64,000 bases of DNA from NCBI RefSeq assembly GCF_009914755.1, contig NC_060927.1; one strand, 5' to 3'. Below are positions 1 to 64,000 of the stretch, one piece after another. This DNA is from the human T2T-CHM13v2.0 reference genome, Homo sapiens. Each line of letters begins with the position of its first letter. The first letter of the stretch is position 1. Made by a program: the position numbers and the translations under genes. The notes beneath the pieces are model-generated. The model did not search any database. It was not told the origin of the DNA and was given only the letters and a program-made list of their open reading frames with translations.

Positions 1-66
1 GAACTGGGTGGGCTTAGTAATGCCAAGCAGAAGAAAAGGGTGGTGGGCTCATGGTCAAGTTTTTAC

Positions 67-59022
<58,956 letters not shown>

Positions 59023-59212
59023 CTGCAAATGAAGAGAGATGTGAGGTTGATTTAACGTAACTCAGTCATTGGGAGGAAAAAAACCAAAAGAACATTTTCA
59101 AGTAGAGATGGTGTCATTTTACCCAATCTCTTTTTCAGGAGGGTTGTTTCAACTGAAAATGCTGCAACATATGCGGAGAAGTGGTTTATTTCCACTCTCT
59201 GTCATATCAGTA

Positions 59213-59447
59213 TATTTTCTAAAAATTATTTATTATTTACTATTCTTATTATTTTAGAGATAGGGTCTTGCTCTCTCACCCAGCCTTGAACTCCTGGGCT
59301 CAAGCAAACCCCCCACCTCAGCCTCCTGAGTAGCTGGGATTATAGGTGCATGCCATCATGCCCAGCTAAGTTTTTTACTTTTTGTAGAGATGGGGGTCTC
59401 AATATGTTGCCCAGGCTCAATATGTTGCCTGGCTCAGCCTCCCAAAG
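59213..59447 (-). mobile_element. Rearranged, 5'-truncated Alu with perfect 13-bp TSD
   Basis: TGTCATATCAGTA at 59200-59212 and 59448-59460. Confidence 0.88.
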
Positions 59448-60319
59448 TGTCATATCAGTAACTTATTCTTGATTTGACTTCAGTTGATTGTACCTGCTAT
59501 CCAAATCTGTCTCTAAGAAATACTTCCTTAGAGCTCAAGTTCCAATCATTCCTGCAGGCTGTCGAAAGAGTCTTGGAAACTTAGAGAGCCTAGAAACTTA
59601 GGGACAAGTATGCACTCCAGCAGGAAAAGCTGGCCTATTGAAGTCTTCCCATTGATTCAAATTCAAGAAGCATATGTTGGCCACAATGCATTCAAGGTGG
59701 TACCACCTGTAACGCTGGCACATGATCCTCTCACCAACCCTTTCCTTTGCAAAATAGGGGAGTGATGTCCTGCAAGGCTTTGAAGCCAGATTGCCCTAGG
59801 TTCCAATTTCAGCACCAGCACCTACCCATTCACCTTGGGCAAGTTCCTTAACCACTCTGTTTAAGCTTCCTTGTTCGTCAGCTGGGGATAAAGATACTTA
59901 ATGTAAAGAGTTACTGTGCAGATTAAATAAGATAATGATAATTAAGTGCTTAGCAAAATGCCTGACACCTTGCAAAGGCTTAGAACTCGTGAACGGTTTT
60001 TGGTGTTGCCAGTGTTAGCCTCTAACCATTAGGATAAAATTTGCTCTTACTAATCATTCTAAGCACCTTGCAAGTCATTTTTGCTCCTTTTCACCCCACA
60101 TACCCAAGTTTTTACAAATGATAAATGATACCTCAAGATTGAACCACCCAAACTAAAAATTACAAGAACACTGAAAAATTCCCCATGCCAAGTTGCTGAG
60201 TGGTGTTTAAGAGGAGAAATCAAGCTCCACTCTTCTCCTCCGCTTTCTCATTTCCCGTGCTGGAAAAAAAATCTGATGCCTTGCATCCTTCCATTGACAC
60301 AGGAGAAATGACTCCCTGA

Positions 60320-60690
60320 ACATCAGCAGCTGCATCCGCATCAGCATCATCCAGGAGCTTATTAGAAATTCAAATAATTGTGCTCCACCCCAAATCTGAT
60401 CTATTGAATCAAAATCTCTAGGGGTAGGGCCCAAGAATTGAAATGTTAATGAGCTCCCAGGGTATTCTTACGCATGATAAAGTATGAGCAGCACTAGGCT
60501 AAGACGTTGGCTCCCCAAAACAGCTAGCTTCAAAATTGCCTGGGAAGGTTTTTTGTTTTTGTTTTTAAATTAGATTTAGGGCATTACCCCCTACTCACAG
60601 ATTCAGAATTTCTAGGGATGGATCTAGAATGTTTTTGTTTTTTGTTTTAAAAGCTCTCCACATGATTCATGAGCCCCTGGTTTAAGAAAA
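60320..60690. mobile_element. Adjacent MER5A/MER5B remnants
   Basis: CATCAGCATCATCCAGGAGCTTATTAGAAAT...TTGAATCAAAATCTCTAGGGGTAGGGCCCAAGAA. Confidence 0.65.
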
Positions 60691-62389
60691 GGGCAGCTCA
60701 GGTGTGGTCAGACTAAGAGACAGAGTAGCTAGTTGCCAGAGAAGCAGTGATTTAATAAATTTATTCTCTGCCTGTGTTCAATACACAACTCTGGTGTTCT
60801 CTGAGCACAAATCAGAGAGCATATCACAACATGTGAAGCCTATCAGAGACATGAGTCCTGGGAAAGAGCCAGGGAGCTCAGCTGGTGACGATTTGCCACC
60901 TTTGATTGGTAAATGGGGAAACCAAGACACAGAAGGAGGAAGTGATTGGGCCCAAATTCCCCTTCAATGGTACAGAAGCAGCTGCACAGCATTGAGTCTA
61001 ACCTGACTTTAGTCTCGTGCCTTTTTATAAAAGAACCCTGAGGTTCTCTTCAGGAGAACAGGATCAGTCTCTGGTCTATGGTTAAGCACATGGATCAGAA
61101 AGACCCGGTTGAAATCCCAGCGCTGCCACTTACGAGCTGTGAGATCTTGAGCAAGTCTCCAGCTCTCAAAGTCTCAGATTTTTTTTTGTCAGTAAAATGT
61201 GTTGTTCTGAGGATTGGGTTCTTGGAGGATTTGGATGAGATAATACATATGTAAACTACTTACAGTAGTGCCAGGCAGACATTAATAGTAAGAGCTCAAT
61301 AAATCATATCAATGTGATGCCAAAATTAATTGTACTGTTGATTCACAAAGGTGGGCCTAAGAGTTATCTTTTCTTGGTTAAGGTGACTATTTATTCAAAC
61401 ATATATGCTAAGTATATACAACATACAAAGCTCCAATATAGGAGAAAAATGAGTTGATGCTGACCCTGTTGCCAAGGAGAAAAGGATAGAACATGTGTAC
61501 CAAGAACCTTGATACAAGGGAGAACGTACTAAGCATCATAAGAGAGACTCTCAGAAGTGTCTATGAAGGGGGAGGGGGAGAGATGACATCAACATGGGGA
61601 ACTATGAAAAGGTCTTCTGGGAAAGAAGAGATATAAATTATATACACCTCCAAAGAAGGGTAGGATTTGAGCATGTGAAGATGAGTGAGAAGACCAAGTA
61701 AATTCCAAGGCACAAAGGCAATGAAGACTAGGATTGAGGGTGGGGTGCAGAGAAAGCAGTGTAAAACCCATGGCCTGAAATGCAGGATTTGTGGAGGAAA
61801 GATTGGGAGCTGAGACTGGACATGTGGATGTGAGTGAGTGCACTGTAAATAGTCTTAAATGCCAAATGGAGTTAGCGATCGAGGAGAAAGACTGGAGAAG
61901 AAGCCCAGTGTAATATTTCTTAGACATCAGTCCTAAGGAGAGAGGGGGAGAAAAGTGAAGCGGGATAGATTTAGGGTAGAGATGTTCAGGAGAGGCGATG
62001 AAATTCAGAAAATTCAGATGAAATTCAGAAAAACTGACAACTGACTAGGGGTGGCAGGATGGCACAGCCCACTCCAAAATCTGGTAGACTCTGGTAGACT
62101 CTTCAAGATTTCCTGGAAGACTCCTAGGCGGAGAACTAGCAACATCTTGATGCCACTGCTGCAGAAGTGGTAAGGGGAAGTCTTGGGAGGAGATAACTTC
62201 CAGAAGGAAGACAAAGGGGCAGGGGTTTTGGAGCTAGATTAATGGCTGAAGATACGAAGAACCAGAACGCATATCTTTAAGATGTATGAGGGCCCTTTTC
62301 CCCAAAAGAGGCAGACTGCGAATTAAACGCAATATAAATGAGGTTATCACAGTCCAGGTAGTCGTTTCTGAAGCCCTAGTCCTCAGTTC

Positions 62390-64000
62390 CCAAAGAAACC
62401 ACGTGCGCACTACCACCTAAAACTGCCAATGAAAATGAAGGTCCTGCGCAGTAAAATATTTATACAACTGCTGGGGCCACTAGGCTTCAGCGGGTGTGGA
62501 GGCGGGGAGAGAGGAGGAGTAAAGGCTGTTTACAAACTTGACGTACACACGCAGTCCTATCCCTACGGTCCTGGAATTGGGGGTTACTATCTTGGAATCT
62601 AGGGGCACTCCAGGCTCTGGGCTCAGACGGCTGGCTTCTGCCTACCCGAGCCTTAACCTTTCAAGGACCAGAAGGATTCCAGAGCTCTTGCCCTAGGTCC
62701 TGGGGCAGCGATGACTCACTGCAGCACCCCCTCCCACTTCGCCAAGCTGCCGTCTCCGCCCACCCCCAAACAATCTCGACAGCGCATTTCGGGAGCCACG
62801 GCTCCGGGCGCTTTGCTGGGGGCTAAAGGGGTTTATCCCTTTCCTTGAATCCCAGCAGGCTAGAACTACCCCCTCCCAGTCTTCAGGCTTGCCACGCTCT
62901 CCACCCGATCCTTCCATTGAAAGGCAGAGAAGGAAGGATGTGCTTGGGAACTTTAAGACCCACGAACGACAGCGCACTGATGGAGCAGCCCAGTGTCTGG
63001 GGGTGAGTATCCAAGGCCCCGCTTAGAAAAGGGAGGGAGGGGCTGTGGGTGCTTCGGGAAGAATAAAGGCATCACCGGGCACAGTGCCTACGACCCCATT
63101 GCGCTTACAGCGCCGTGCGCTGGGAGAGACTGACCCGGGAAAGTTTCTGCGTCACACGCGCGTGGCAGAAACGCACGTCGCTTGGGAAAGTCAAGGACCA
63201 CCCTTGCTCGGGCCAGAACCGTACCGCAGCGACTCCTCAAATGTCGTGGAGAAGTGGGGGGCAGATGCCTTGTAAGATCCACTGGAGGGCACATGCGGGG
63301 GTCGACAGAGAGTCGGGGAACCAACGTGGATTCCCTGCTAAATGCTATTTGGCAGCGCAAGAAGGCGGCCTCCCCGCCCTGCCTCAGTCCCTAGGGAAAC
63401 GTGCGCCGCAGGCTCCCTCTCTCCACTCCCTGGAACCCGTGAGTAGTAGAAACCCCAGAGGAACCGAAATCACGTCCGGACAGCCTCTCCAGGCTGTCTC
63501 CCACTATCCCGTTTCTCCCGGCCACCCCGCCAGTAGGGTGCAGAGTTGGACTGCGCTGCACCCCCACTCTCGGTTCCACCCCAATTCAAAGCGTCCGGGG
63601 TAGGCTCCGCCTTCTCCCCCGCCCCCAGAGCCCTCGGCCCACCCTTCCGTTCCTGGGACGGGACCTGCTCCCTGTCAATCCAGTTCAGCCTCAGGGTTCC
63701 TGGCGCGTGAATAAAGGCCCTGAGAGAAAGCGGGGACTCTAGATTACGCACCGCCCTCCACAACACACACTGAAGGAACTCCCAGTGCCTTGGGCAGGGG
63801 ATCCTCAGCCCCACATCCCCGATGCAAGGCGCACCAATAAGGAGTCTGGTCCGCCCTGCGCTCAGCGGCTCCGCTCCCGGGTGGCCAAGTTTGCTGCAGG
63901 GAACCGCAACTCCAGTAACTTTCTCCGAGTTTGGAAACTGACTTCCAGGCCGCCTCGCAGCGTTGGGCAACGCGCCGCTGAACCGAGTCCAAACTCCAGA
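62390..64000. promoter_or_regulatory. CpG island (ADAMTS9 intron 2 / ADAMTS9-AS2 promoter), running off the window edge
   Basis: Sharp rise in GC and CpG content; E-box CACGTG 62400-62405, GC box GGAGGCGGGG 62498-62507, FOX motif TGTTTAC 62527-62533, CRE-like TGACGT 62539-62544. Confidence 0.9.
62530..63002 (+). ncRNA. ADAMTS9-AS2: Probable first exon of antisense lncRNA ADAMTS9-AS2 (start approximate)
   Basis: From recall, ADAMTS9-AS2 starts in the 5' CpG island of ADAMTS9. The sequence shows a strong plus-strand donor GG|GTGAGT at 63002/63003 and promoter-like motifs at 62400-62545. Confidence 0.65.

Noticed and set aside
63045-63992. Overlapping 60-166 aa ORFs on both strands
   Set aside because: Expected in a GC-rich CpG island with few stop codons; no recognisable domains

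Overview
Primate, most likely human, genomic DNA inside the ADAMTS9 locus. The minus strand carries 15 consecutive coding exons (exons 3-17 by my recall of the gene). They total 2040 nt (680 aa), splice in frame, and encode the late propeptide, furin site, reprolysin metalloprotease domain (HELGHVFNMPHD), disintegrin-like domain, TSR1, Cys-rich domain and part of the spacer. The right end (~62.4-64 kb) is a CpG island in intron 2 that probably holds the plus-strand first exon of the lncRNA ADAMTS9-AS2. Introns are filled with Alu, L1, L2, MIR, MaLR LTR and DNA-transposon remnants; these were called by eye, so their boundaries are approximate. I found no evidence of a wholly new biological system. 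The best observations are: (1) two intron-3 cryptic exons that frameshift singly but together add 86 aa in frame; (2) a GC-AG intron behind weakly defined, skippable exon 11; (3) an ancient inverted L1 flanked by a ~75-bp direct repeat; (4) a possible AluJ-L1PA chimeric retroposition; (5) inverted Alus around exon 4; (6) a sense L1PA poly(A) site just after exon 12.
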